Shown here: piece after piece, positions 54,819 to 64,000 of the stretch | How positions within the stretch are numbered: position 1 is the first letter of the stretch | Layout: every line of letters begins with the position of its first letter | Source: Naegleria gruberi | Lineage: Eukaryota | Strand: one strand, 5' to 3' | NCBI GenBank assembly: GCA_000004985.1 | Contig: GG738905.1 | Length of the DNA: 64,000 nt | Translations under genes and position numbers: made by a program | Notes under the pieces: model-generated | The model's database searches: none | Told to the model about the DNA's origin: nothing | Seen by the model: only the letters and a program-made list of their open reading frames with translations

Positions 54819-55615
54819 GGTTGTGTTTTTTTGTTAAGTGAAAAAAGCCAAAGGTAAAACCTTTTGAACTAGTTGAAACCAGTTGTTGGATTCGAGGAAA
54901 GTCAGTCATTTTTTTCGTTTAAACCCCACTTGATAACCTCTTACTATTTCAAGCAATTATGCCCCTTGTCGCTTTTGACTTGTAGATAATATTGGTGTCA
55001 AGAATCGAAGTGGACACAAACATGTAAGAGGTAGGTGTGACTATGAGTCTCTTCTTTGAGAAAATCTAACGCAATGAATGCTATTTTGAACGTTACTTGG
55101 TGTTATCTGCTCTGAAATTCAAAATCCAAATTTGTAAACAATCATCAAAGATAATAAAATATTATTTTCATTGTCTCGGAGTAACTGAAAGTTGGTCTCA
55201 TGATTGGTGTGGTGCTTCCAAAGTAGTTGATTTGCATCATTGTATCATTTTCGAATCCATCAACATGTGCAACAAATTGATGCCAATGCCAGACCTATTG
55301 CATCTCGTGAATGAGTTGATGAAACATCTCATATTGAGTGTTATCAAAAGAACCTGTTCATCACCCAAAGTATTGGAAATATTCAAAGTAGCAAGAGGAA
55401 CCACTATTTGAAAATTCGTTTCATATTCAAAATTTCAAGAATATAAGCTGCGGATTAAACAATTGTGTATGATTTGCATTTTTTAAAATCAAAAGAACAT
55501 GTTTTGGCGGGAAGCTTGGTAATTGGTTTATTGGACTAAATTTCACGCAATAAATCATCTTCATCAGGAGATTCATCTAGCCACTGAGATTCATCTACCT
55601 TATTCCTTTTTTTTT

Positions 55616-55665
55616 NNNNNNNNNNNNNNNNNNNNNNNNNNNNNNNNNNNNNNNNNNNNNNNNNN
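55616..55665. other. assembly gap (50 N) flanked by two about 90%-identical copies of a ~125-bp segment (55441-55600 and 55666-55790)
   Basis: run of N; gcggattaa(a)caattgtgtatgatttgcatttttt...ggcgggaagctt...ggactaaatttcac(g/a)caataaatcatcttcatcaggagat occurs on both sides. Confidence 0.9.
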
Positions 55666-55906
55666 GCGGATTAACAATTGTGTATGATTTGCATTTTTTT
55701 AAAATCAAAAGAAAATGCTTTGGCGGGAAGCTTATTGGACTAAATTTCACACAATAAATCATCTTCATCAGGAGATTTACTTGTTCATTTGGAAATTCAT
55801 CGAGCCACATCAGTTCTGAGGTTGGAGACAACTTGGGAACCTGTGGTGCTGCAGTCTCTCTACCTTATTACTTTTTTTGTGTTTGGATTCTGTCATAAAA
55901 AGGTAA

Positions 55907-55978
55907 ATATCAGGGAAGGAGTTGAACCTCCGCCGAATCGTTAACAGCGACTCATGCTTACCACTACACTACCTGAAA
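55907..55978 (-). tRNA. tRNA-Asn (anticodon GUU), 72 nt, no encoded CCA
   Basis: Hand fold of TTTCAGG-TA-GTGT-AGTGGTAA-GCAT-G-AGTCG-CTGTTAA-CGATT-CGGC-GGAGG-TTCAACT-CCTTC-CCTGATA-T. This gives a 7-bp acceptor (one mismatch), D arm with GG, anticodon loop CU-GUU-AA, and T arm GGAGG/CCTTC with TTCAACT loop. Confidence 0.6.
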
Positions 55979-56263
55979 TACCCCATCAAAGCTCTAAAAA
56001 TTCTGAGCTAATTGACAAATTTAATTTTAGTACTGAGAGTTCCATTTGCAGAATTTAATAAACTTACTTTAAATTGCCAAGTGTATTAAGAAACGAACAA
56101 ACTAGACTGTTACAGGGCAGAATTCGGTGCTGTATCTTTGCAATTGTTGATGTCAAGAAGCTAAAATATATTTGGTAAATCACTCTTTACCTTACAGAAT
56201 GCTGGAATGACTTGTTATAAAATATTAAATTAAAAGATATTCGAAATATAATACATTTTATGG

Positions 56264-57280
56264 TTATCTTCTTATTAAAGGTAAAGTTGTGGCAACTTTT
56301 TCGTCCAATTCCCTTTCGTCATCATCGTCTTCATCACATTTCTTTTCCTTAACATTGATACGATCAGGAGTACTTGGAGTGGAGGATGTGGATGGCACTG
56401 AACTTGGTTGCTTCTTGGCAAAAACAACTTGAACGAGACCCATAGTAATCTTATAGAACCAGAAAATATTTAAAATACAAATTGAACCAATCATTAGAGT
56501 TACAAGAATAATCCAACCAAGTGGGAATGAACACCAAGTTTCAGAATCTTCCCAAACCAAATGTGGTATGTAAAAGCAGAATGAAATTCTAACAATACCG
56601 AATGTCAACCACATCAAGATGCCATTATAAGCATATAATTTGGAATCTTTCATATTGCATTTAGAAAAGAAATATCTTTGATTCACAAAAGGTGTAGAAA
56701 TTTCAGTAAACATCATGATAACCATCAATACTATGCATTTTTCCCAGACAGCACTTCCAAGCAATGCAACTATTGAAATAGAATGGTGGAGAACTGTTTC
56801 CATACCTCCCAGGTGAGGATAATTTCTTGCAACAATGTACAAGTCATATAAAAAGTAGCCAACACAATAGCCAATCAAGAAAATGCATGAACGATCGGAA
56901 AGTGACAAAATTCCAACGTTAGGGGATGGCAGATAAACAAATACGATACAGTACAATGAAATTAGTGAAGAAAGAATTGCATGAATATTAGAAACAATTC
57001 TACTATTCCATTCTCTTCTTTCTTTTTCCTCGCCAAAAATCTTCTTCTTAAAAGTAGTGCTATATTTCTTTGAAAACCAATCTGATCCGTAAGCATACAT
57101 TAGAGAGTGAAAGATTAAACTCAAAACACTCATCACAGGAAGTAATAAACCAAAATTCTGAGGAGGATGGTCTGGTGTTGAGAAAACACCCTCGTTGACA
57201 TACCAACTCCATCTATTAACAAAACTACTTAATAATCCATTCTTACTATCGATAAATCCACAAACTGCTGCAGAAGACAT
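56264..57280 (-). CDS. TLC-domain (TRAM/LAG1/CLN8-like) multi-pass membrane protein
   Basis: 338-aa ORF with 6-7 TM helices and the TLC-like motifs HHSISIVALLGS and MFTEISTPFVNQRYFF. Confidence 0.7.
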   Translation of the reverse strand: MSSAAVCGFIDSKNGLLSSFVNRWSWYVNEGVFSTPDHPPQNFGLLLPVMSVLSLIFHSLMYAYGSDWFSKKYSTTFKKKIFGEEKERREWNSRIVSNIHAILSSLISLYCIVFVYLPSPNVGILSLSDRSCIFLIGYCVGYFLYDLYIVARNYPHLGGMETVLHHSISIVALLGSAVWEKCIVLMVIMMFTEISTPFVNQRYFFSKCNMKDSKLYAYNGILMWLTFGIVRISFCFYIPHLVWEDSETWCSFPLGWIILVTLMIGSICILNIFWFYKITMGLVQVVFAKKQPSSVPSTSSTPSTPDRINVKEKKCDEDDDDERELDEKVATTLPLIRR

Positions 57281-58252
57281 TTTACAATATATTGGACGTT
57301 ATAGTCAGTCAAGAACGAGAGGATTAAATTGATCAGGAGAATAGAACTGATTCGGAAAATCTCTAAAGATCAACCAATATATATTCAATACTACCACTAC
57401 AAATGAGAGTGTAATTGCACACAACGAGCTTGCACTTCTAGAAAGCTTGTTGTTATTGTTGTGAAAGCAGAAGAATATTCTCTGTTGCAACTTTTTTCAA
57501 AGGCTTGCTGAAAAAAAGTGAAGTGAATTTTTTTTTGAGTCGAAACAGCCCAACAACTTTCGGCTGTGTGGTCACCACTCGCATTCGAAACAAGGAAGAA
57601 AAGCTTTGATTTTTTGCATGGTCGATTTCCGCTACCTTCAGATGAGACGCAAAAAAGATTCGATCTTATTCGAAGAGGATCACCGTCAATTTGTCAAGTT
57701 TCAACTGTCAAGATGATCTATTCGAATCCATTTTTGAAAAAAATTAAAGCATTACTATTATTTAAAACATGATAATATTATTATTGGCGAGTTGGTAGAT
57801 TGCTGATCAACAAGATTGGAGTGGTTGATTGTCAAAAACCGTAATGTAGTTTGTTGTGGAAATGTTGAAAAATATTCGAATCGTGAGTTGGAAGAATCTC
57901 AGTTTAGTTGAAAGTTCGTAAAAGTTCGGAATATACTCTCCATTCCAACACAGAAACACTTGGGTTTTGTAATGGAAATAATTTTCTTCTTTTTTCATGA
58001 AGCCTCATCTATGCCCAAATCGGGAATTGAATATTTATTGTTATTATTATTTTATTATTGTGGAGTGTTTTATACACTGTGTAAGAGGAGATGAAACAAT
58101 TACTGTACAAATATCTTGTAATTATTGATGAGGAGAAACAACATCCTTCTCCGCGGAATAAACCAAGAATCAAATAATTTACAAAAAAAAAATAAACAAC
58201 AACAACTTCATCAAGAAGAGGGTTCCATCATCAACACATGCTTCTAAGTAAT

Positions 58253-59290
58253 CACTGCGACTTCCAAAGTAAAATCCTTCCGATCCTTTGCAGCAACAAT
58301 TAAAGCACTAGGAGTTAGTGGGATTGGAAGTAAATGTTTGTCTACAAAAATCGTCAAACTAATTTATTTTGAATAATAGCATCACCAAACTGTATCCATC
58401 TTCTTTTAGCTTTTGATTTCTATTGTCTATTAGCTTTATATCTTGTTGGTGTTTGTTGGCTTGTTTATACTATCATTTCCAGACATGTGGAGATTCAAAT
58501 GTATTGTCATCACTAATTCATAACAATTTGAAATGACTACCAAGTGATTACTTACTATTATTCATTGGATTGATAGAGAATATTTTGAATAAGGTTTACC
58601 ATAGTATTTGGAATAGGATTGTAATAATTTGATTGATATTACTTCTGCTACCATCATAATTGTTTTAACATTCATCACCACCAATCTAATCTTTGATTGA
58701 GTAGAATTGTCATCATCTAATATACTTCTGTGTACTCAATAAAAGGAGAATACCTCTACTCATCATCACTACTGATATTTATCATCATTTTGGAATATTT
58801 CAATTATAGTAACTGGGCTACATCTCACCAATAGTAATAGTAGTAGTATTGCTTAATGGTGATTCTTCTCGGAATGAATAATAGTAGTTTTCTATCATCG
58901 GAAAATTCAAACTTCTAATCATCATTACGCTGGAATTCATCATAGTTTGATTAATTTTGAAAATACACTCAAGTAGTTCATCATCCTCCAAACTTTCTAA
59001 TTTGATGAATTAGAGAACCCAAAACTGACATTATAATTTTGTGAATCGAGTGGATTAGGCTCAAGCATAAGGAATAGAACACCAACAAAGAAATCCTTCA
59101 ATCCCATAGTTGGTTTGAATAAATACCGCAAGTTCAAATCCACCAAACCATTTTCATCAATATTCGGATGCCAAATTCTAGTTTTACAAATAATGTTAGG
59201 TGCTTTATGAGGATATTCATGAGGAATGATCAATTCAAATTCACGTGGATGATTCTTCCATATTCCTTCACTTGGAATTACAACAAAAAC
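58253..59290 (-). CDS. ubiquitin-conjugating-enzyme-like (UEV-type, no catalytic Cys seen) protein; multi-exon, boundaries approximate
   Basis: FVVIPSEGIWKNHPREFELIIPHEYPHKAPNIICKTRIWHPNIDENGLVDLNL...LEPNPLDS is a UBC fold in which the HPN motif is followed by LVDLNL instead of the active-site Cys. A candidate last exon encodes ...SALIVAAKDRKDFTLEVAVIT. Confidence 0.4.
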
Positions 59291-59806
59291 AAAACAATGG
59301 TAATAGTAATCTTATCCAATTGATTTAGGAGTGGTTTCTATTTTTTTGTAATTAAAACGATGCATAGCCAATCGAAGGACGGAAGATTTTTTTTCAAAGA
59401 AAATGGTGTGTAAATTTACGCAAGCCAAATTTTCTTAGGAAGACAGTTAATAAGATGAATGTATTTAATAGATGGAAACATAATATAAGAAAGAAAGATA
59501 ATTATAATATGTAGCAATACACTGATAGAATAGTTTTGTCTTTTTTTATCGCTTCAACTGCTTTATTATTTGAGAAAATCAATAAACATAGGCGCTGAAT
59601 TTTTTTCTCACTGATTCTGAGCTTTCGGCAAACGTTCGGCAAGAATGATTTGGAAATTTTGAAATTGGAAATTGTTCTACACATGTTTTATAATATATTG
59701 CAGACTGTATGTTCCATCGGCATGAAAGATGGTTTACAACGAACTGTTCAAAATATTGATATGTTTTTTTAATTATAAAATTTATTTTTATTTTCAAAAT
59801 TAAAAA

Positions 59807-60292
59807 ATGCCAGAAACGGACAATCAGTTAATTTATGATGCTGATTATGATGTTAAAGAAATTTTACCAACAATTTTACTTCCCGAGGCAGTTAGTAAAA
59901 CAATTTTAGGAAGAATTACAAATATTATTAAAATTAAAATTACCAACACAAAAGATGAGTGGAAAGGATGTGTTTTCCTTCACGAGTTTAGGATGACACA
60001 TAATCAGCATTTTGAAGGTGATCGTAGAGTAATATTATTAAATAATTTGGGACATATTGAAATGGCCTATCTTCCCGGAATCATCCAAGAAGATATGTTA
60101 CGGAAATTGGAAACGGTTTATGAAAATCATAGTACAGATTTTACACATGTTACTCCGATTGCTGGTACATGGAATAGATATGGTAACTGCATTAAAGAGT
60201 CTAAACGTGCAACAGAAAAGGAAAAGAATATATTATCTGAATTGGCATCTATTTGTGGAGTATTAGTTAAACATATTGTATCATCATTTTCT
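59807..60292 (+). CDS. hypothetical protein, 5' part (about 160 aa) truncated by assembly gap
   Basis: ORF from ATG at 59807 with balanced composition that runs into the N run at 60293. Confidence 0.4.
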
Positions 60293-60342
60293 NNNNNNNN
60301 NNNNNNNNNNNNNNNNNNNNNNNNNNNNNNNNNNNNNNNNNN
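60293..60342. other. assembly gap (50 N)
   Basis: run of N. Confidence 1.
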
Positions 60343-60525
60343 GTAGAAAAATTCTAATTTAAAAATACTATATTTCATATATTTTTTTAAAAAAATAATT
60401 TATTTTTTAATTTATAGTGAGTTTTACGGACTTTTATTTAATCATTTTACCATTGATTCTTTATGAATTTTAAAATTTTGAATTGACAATAAATTTTTAT
60501 TTGTTAAATGCTACATTTTAACTAT

Positions 60526-61062
60526 TTATTTTCTTTTTTTATTCTTTCTTCTTATTGGCTTGACTATTTCTTCTTCTTCTTCTTCTTCACTCTCTTCCTC
60601 TCCATATATTACAATATTTACATTTTCATCTTCTTCTTCTTCATCATCATCATTATTATCATTATAAATTATTTCAACTCTTTCATCTTCTTCATCTTCT
60701 TCAAATTCTTCTAATTCATCTTCTTCATCCTCTTTATCATCATAAATTACAATATCTTCATCTTCTTCTTCTTCTCCATCATATTCTTCTTCTTCTTCTT
60801 CAACTTGTTCATCTCTATCTTTTCTAATTTTTCTAATTTTAATTATTTCAAATACTTCTTCATCTTCTTCTATATTTTCATCTTGTTCATCATAATTTTC
60901 ATCTTGTTCATCATAATTTTCTTCTTCTTCTTCTAATCCAATTTCTTTTCTCAAATTAATATCATTTAAGGTTCCATTAATCTTGGCAATATTTAATCTA
61001 TGAATCATCATTTTCTTTAAATGAGTATTCTTTCTTTCCATTTTAACAATCTCTCTTTCCAT
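60526..61062 (-). CDS. highly acidic (E/D-rich) small protein with basic C-terminal KKRK; start lies about 35 bp from the telomere-like array
   Basis: ORF MEREIVKMERKNTHLKKMMIHRLNIAKING... followed by long E/D runs encoded by (GAA/GAT)n-type triplet repeats. Confidence 0.4.
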   Translation of the reverse strand: MEREIVKMERKNTHLKKMMIHRLNIAKINGTLNDINLRKEIGLEEEEENYDEQDENYDEQDENIEEDEEVFEIIKIRKIRKDRDEQVEEEEEEYDGEEEEDEDIVIYDDKEDEEDELEEFEEDEEDERVEIIYNDNNDDDEEEEDENVNIVIYGEEESEEEEEEEIVKPIRRKNKKRK

Positions 61063-61099
61063 TCTTTTCTTTAATTCTGCTTCAATTTTAATAAATTGA

Positions 61100-61632
61100 G
61101 GGGTTTGGGTTTGGGGTTGGGGTTGGGGTTGGGTTGGGTTTGGGTTTGGGTTTGGGTTTGGGTTTGGGTTTGGGTTTGGGTTTGGGTTTGGGTTTGGGTT
61201 TGGGTTTGGGTTTGGGTTTGGGTTTGGGTTTGGGTTTGGGTTTGGGTTTGGGTTTGGGTTTGGGTTTGGGTTTGGGGTTTGGGTTTGGGTTTGGGTTTGG
61301 GTTTGGGTTTGGGTTTGGGTTTGGGTTTGGGTTTGGGTTTGGGTTTGGGTTTGGGTTTGGGTTTGGGTTTGGGTTTGGGTTTGGGTTTGGGTTTGGGTTT
61401 GGGTTTGGGTTTGGGTTTGGGTTTGGGTTTGGGTTTGGGTTTGGGTTTGGGTTTGGGTTTGGGTTTGGGTTTGGGTTTGGGTTTGGGTTTGGGTTTGGGT
61501 TTGGGTTTGGGTTTGGGTTTGGGTTTGGGTTTGGGTTTGGGTTTGGGTTTGGGTTTGGGTTTGGGTTTGGGTTTGGGTTTGGGTTTGGGTTTGGGTTTGG
61601 GTTTGGGTTTGGGTTTGGGTTTGGGTTTGGGT
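61100..61632 (+). repeat. telomere-like hexamer array (TTTGGG)n, about 88 perfect units, with degenerate TTGGGG/TTGGG units at the proximal (left) junction; continues into the gap
   Basis: directly visible: ...gagGGGTTTGGGTTTGGGGTTGGGGTTGGGGTTGGGTTGGGTTTGGG(TTTGGG)n; the G-rich strand reads 5'->3' toward the gap. Confidence 0.9.
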
Positions 61633-62890
61633 NNNNNNNNNNNNNNNNNNNNNNNNNNNNNNNNNNNNNNNNNNNNNNNNNNNNNNNNNNNNNNNNNNNN
61701 NNNNNNNNNNNNNNNNNNNNNNNNNNNNNNNNNNNNNNNNNNNNNNNNNNNNNNNNNNNNNNNNNNNNNNNNNNNNNNNNNNNNNNNNNNNNNNNNNNNN
61801 NNNNNNNNNNNNNNNNNNNNNNNNNNNNNNNNNNNNNNNNNNNNNNNNNNNNNNNNNNNNNNNNNNNNNNNNNNNNNNNNNNNNNNNNNNNNNNNNNNNN
61901 NNNNNNNNNNNNNNNNNNNNNNNNNNNNNNNNNNNNNNNNNNNNNNNNNNNNNNNNNNNNNNNNNNNNNNNNNNNNNNNNNNNNNNNNNNNNNNNNNNNN
62001 NNNNNNNNNNNNNNNNNNNNNNNNNNNNNNNNNNNNNNNNNNNNNNNNNNNNNNNNNNNNNNNNNNNNNNNNNNNNNNNNNNNNNNNNNNNNNNNNNNNN
62101 NNNNNNNNNNNNNNNNNNNNNNNNNNNNNNNNNNNNNNNNNNNNNNNNNNNNNNNNNNNNNNNNNNNNNNNNNNNNNNNNNNNNNNNNNNNNNNNNNNNN
62201 NNNNNNNNNNNNNNNNNNNNNNNNNNNNNNNNNNNNNNNNNNNNNNNNNNNNNNNNNNNNNNNNNNNNNNNNNNNNNNNNNNNNNNNNNNNNNNNNNNNN
62301 NNNNNNNNNNNNNNNNNNNNNNNNNNNNNNNNNNNNNNNNNNNNNNNNNNNNNNNNNNNNNNNNNNNNNNNNNNNNNNNNNNNNNNNNNNNNNNNNNNNN
62401 NNNNNNNNNNNNNNNNNNNNNNNNNNNNNNNNNNNNNNNNNNNNNNNNNNNNNNNNNNNNNNNNNNNNNNNNNNNNNNNNNNNNNNNNNNNNNNNNNNNN
62501 NNNNNNNNNNNNNNNNNNNNNNNNNNNNNNNNNNNNNNNNNNNNNNNNNNNNNNNNNNNNNNNNNNNNNNNNNNNNNNNNNNNNNNNNNNNNNNNNNNNN
62601 NNNNNNNNNNNNNNNNNNNNNNNNNNNNNNNNNNNNNNNNNNNNNNNNNNNNNNNNNNNNNNNNNNNNNNNNNNNNNNNNNNNNNNNNNNNNNNNNNNNN
62701 NNNNNNNNNNNNNNNNNNNNNNNNNNNNNNNNNNNNNNNNNNNNNNNNNNNNNNNNNNNNNNNNNNNNNNNNNNNNNNNNNNNNNNNNNNNNNNNNNNNN
62801 NNNNNNNNNNNNNNNNNNNNNNNNNNNNNNNNNNNNNNNNNNNNNNNNNNNNNNNNNNNNNNNNNNNNNNNNNNNNNNNNNNNNNNNNNN
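61633..62890. other. assembly gap (1258 N)
   Basis: run of N; ORF-track entries 61071-63953, 61088-62983, 61096-63012 and 61134-62948 are artefacts of translating N and hexamer repeats. Confidence 1.
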
Positions 62891-63953
62891 TTCTTCTAAC
62901 CGTATTATTCTTCTTAATTTTGTTGTTGTCTTCCTTATTGCCTTCTGAATCTGATTCATCAGCTTCAGGTGGTTCGTTCTCAATAACTATTTTTTTCCAA
63001 ATATTCTTTTGAACATGGCAATATACAGAATTTTTCTTTTCTTCACTAAAATCTGACAAACTTTCAGAACATGATTTCAGTTTCTCGAAATCTTGTTTTA
63101 AAGTTGCCAATGTTGTTTGCCATTCTGAACTAATCTGCATATTAGGATTTGTTTTCAATCCGTGCCATTTCTTTTTGAACTTGGAGGACATGTATAACGT
63201 ACGTGTAGGAAGCAAAATAGATTCTGCAAAGGAAGGTAAATTGAATTTACCTTTATGATTTGATTTTCTTTGACCTATCATTCTACCAAGGGAATGATAT
63301 GCTTCACATCCTTGATTCATATATTTTGTTAAGCTTCCATACTTTTCCAAAAGATCCGGTAAATGATACAAAATAATATTAATATAGTAAGCAAGTTGAT
63401 CATTTGGAAAGGCTTCTCTTAAAACCTTTTTAGTGAAACTCAAATACTCTTTCAATTCTTCTTTCTTAAAATTCAAATCCAATAGCCCTTGACTGGCTTC
63501 AAGGTAATGATATATTATGAATCTAAGTGATGACCACACTTTAAAATCATTATCATTAAATTGGGTATCCGATAATGATTCCATCATAATTGATTCATAA
63601 TTTAACAAAATCATATCAGCTTGATCTGCATTCATATAAGGAACTTCTAATTCAATTTTGTCATTTGTCGCTTGTAGAGCAAGTGTTGTGGCAGGTTGTT
63701 TCTTTCTAAATTGAAATTGAGACATTCCCTTCAATTTCTGAATTTTAGCTTCGAGGGATTTAATTCCTGACACTGTCATCTTAGAAATTTGAAGGGATAA
63801 CAAACAGCCAACAATTCTCAATTTTGCATGAAGTATGTCAATAACTACATTGGTGAATAAATTTGGAAATTTTTGAAAATAATGAGCTGGGGGAGCAAAA
63901 GCAAAATCCTTCTCCATTCTATCATCATATACACAGGGACAATATGGACACAC
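62891..63953 (-). CDS. N-terminal ~350 aa of a Cys-rich (CPYCPC) protein, possibly transposase-derived (TNP2/EnSpm-like or similar); C-terminus lost in the gap
   Basis: ORF begins MCPYCPCVYDDRMEKDF; segment IILYHLPDLLEKYGSLTKYMNQGCEAYHSLGRMI is reminiscent of conserved transposase-family blocks; family assignment uncertain. Confidence 0.35.
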
Positions 63954-64000
63954 AAAGTTTCGTTTGATGTCAGAAATCTTCCATAATGCACTAAATCCGA

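Noticed and set aside
61100-61632. Possibility that the regular short repeat array is a CRISPR locus
   Set aside because: It is a 6-bp unit without spacers, in a eukaryotic intron-containing genome. It is a telomere-type microsatellite, not a CRISPR array.
61071-63953. Very long ORFs (960, 631, 638 and 604 aa) spanning 61071-63953 on both strands
   Set aside because: They are translations of the (TTTGGG)n array and of the 1258-N gap (poly-X, GLGLGL, PKPKPK). Only 62891-63953 on the minus strand is real coding sequence.
1-64000. Interpreting the window as prokaryotic (operons, RBS, phage defence systems)
   Set aside because: There are clear GT-AG introns with GTAAGT donors, an N-myristoylation-type start and Q/N-rich proteins. 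Eukaryote-specific domains are present (F-box, PH, kinesin, RGS, BTB, XRN). The ORF caller's TTG starts (for example 18224 and 51083) are not real initiation codons.

Overview
This is eukaryotic nuclear DNA, not a prokaryotic operon window. It is AT-rich (roughly 30-35% GC). Genes carry short spliceosomal introns with GTAAGT/GTAGGT donors and AG acceptors. Many proteins contain Q/N/S-rich low-complexity tracts, and hybrid histidine kinases, a DIRS-type retroelement and C2/RGS/kinesin genes are present. Together this resembles a dictyostelid-like amoebozoan, though I cannot confirm the organism from sequence alone. There are four runs of N (assembly gaps). The supplied ORF track appears to accept TTG as a start and ignores splicing, so several reported ORF starts and ends are artefacts that I re-interpreted by hand.

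The window is gene dense, with about 30 protein-coding genes. Recognisable products include a secreted class-3 lipase, an XRN 5'-3' exoribonuclease, a hybrid histidine kinase, a bacterial YqjM-type old-yellow-enzyme and a GT31/Fringe-like glycosyltransferase. There are also a KCTD-like BTB/pentapeptide-repeat/TLDc protein, a TLC-domain protein, a PUB-domain protein, two F-box-like proteins, an E2-variant and a tRNA-Asn(GUU).

The most interesting items are listed here.
- A DIRS-like tyrosine-recombinase retrotransposon (about 5.97-10.09 kb) has overlapping reading frames, a premature stop inside RT and a short inverted complementary segment. Its flanks and the adjacent gap suggest an insertion-site polymorphism or haplotig join.
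- Four paralogous C2-domain genes (16.0-20.3 kb) lie in tandem. Each has an identical 70-nt first exon and Pro/Gln/Tyr-rich GYPQQ-type tails.
- A large receptor gene combines a GPS/GAIN-like motif, a 7TM domain and a C-terminal RGS domain. A second gene fuses a 2-TM sensor-like region to an RGS domain.
- A multi-exon gene encodes a degenerate (probably catalytically impaired) kinesin motor joined to a roughly 1,300-aa coiled coil and a C-terminal PH domain.
- A perfect (TTTGGG)n array has a degenerate proximal junction and a G-rich strand pointing into a 1.26-kb gap. This looks like a telomere at a scaffold join, with a CxxC transposase-like gene on the other side.
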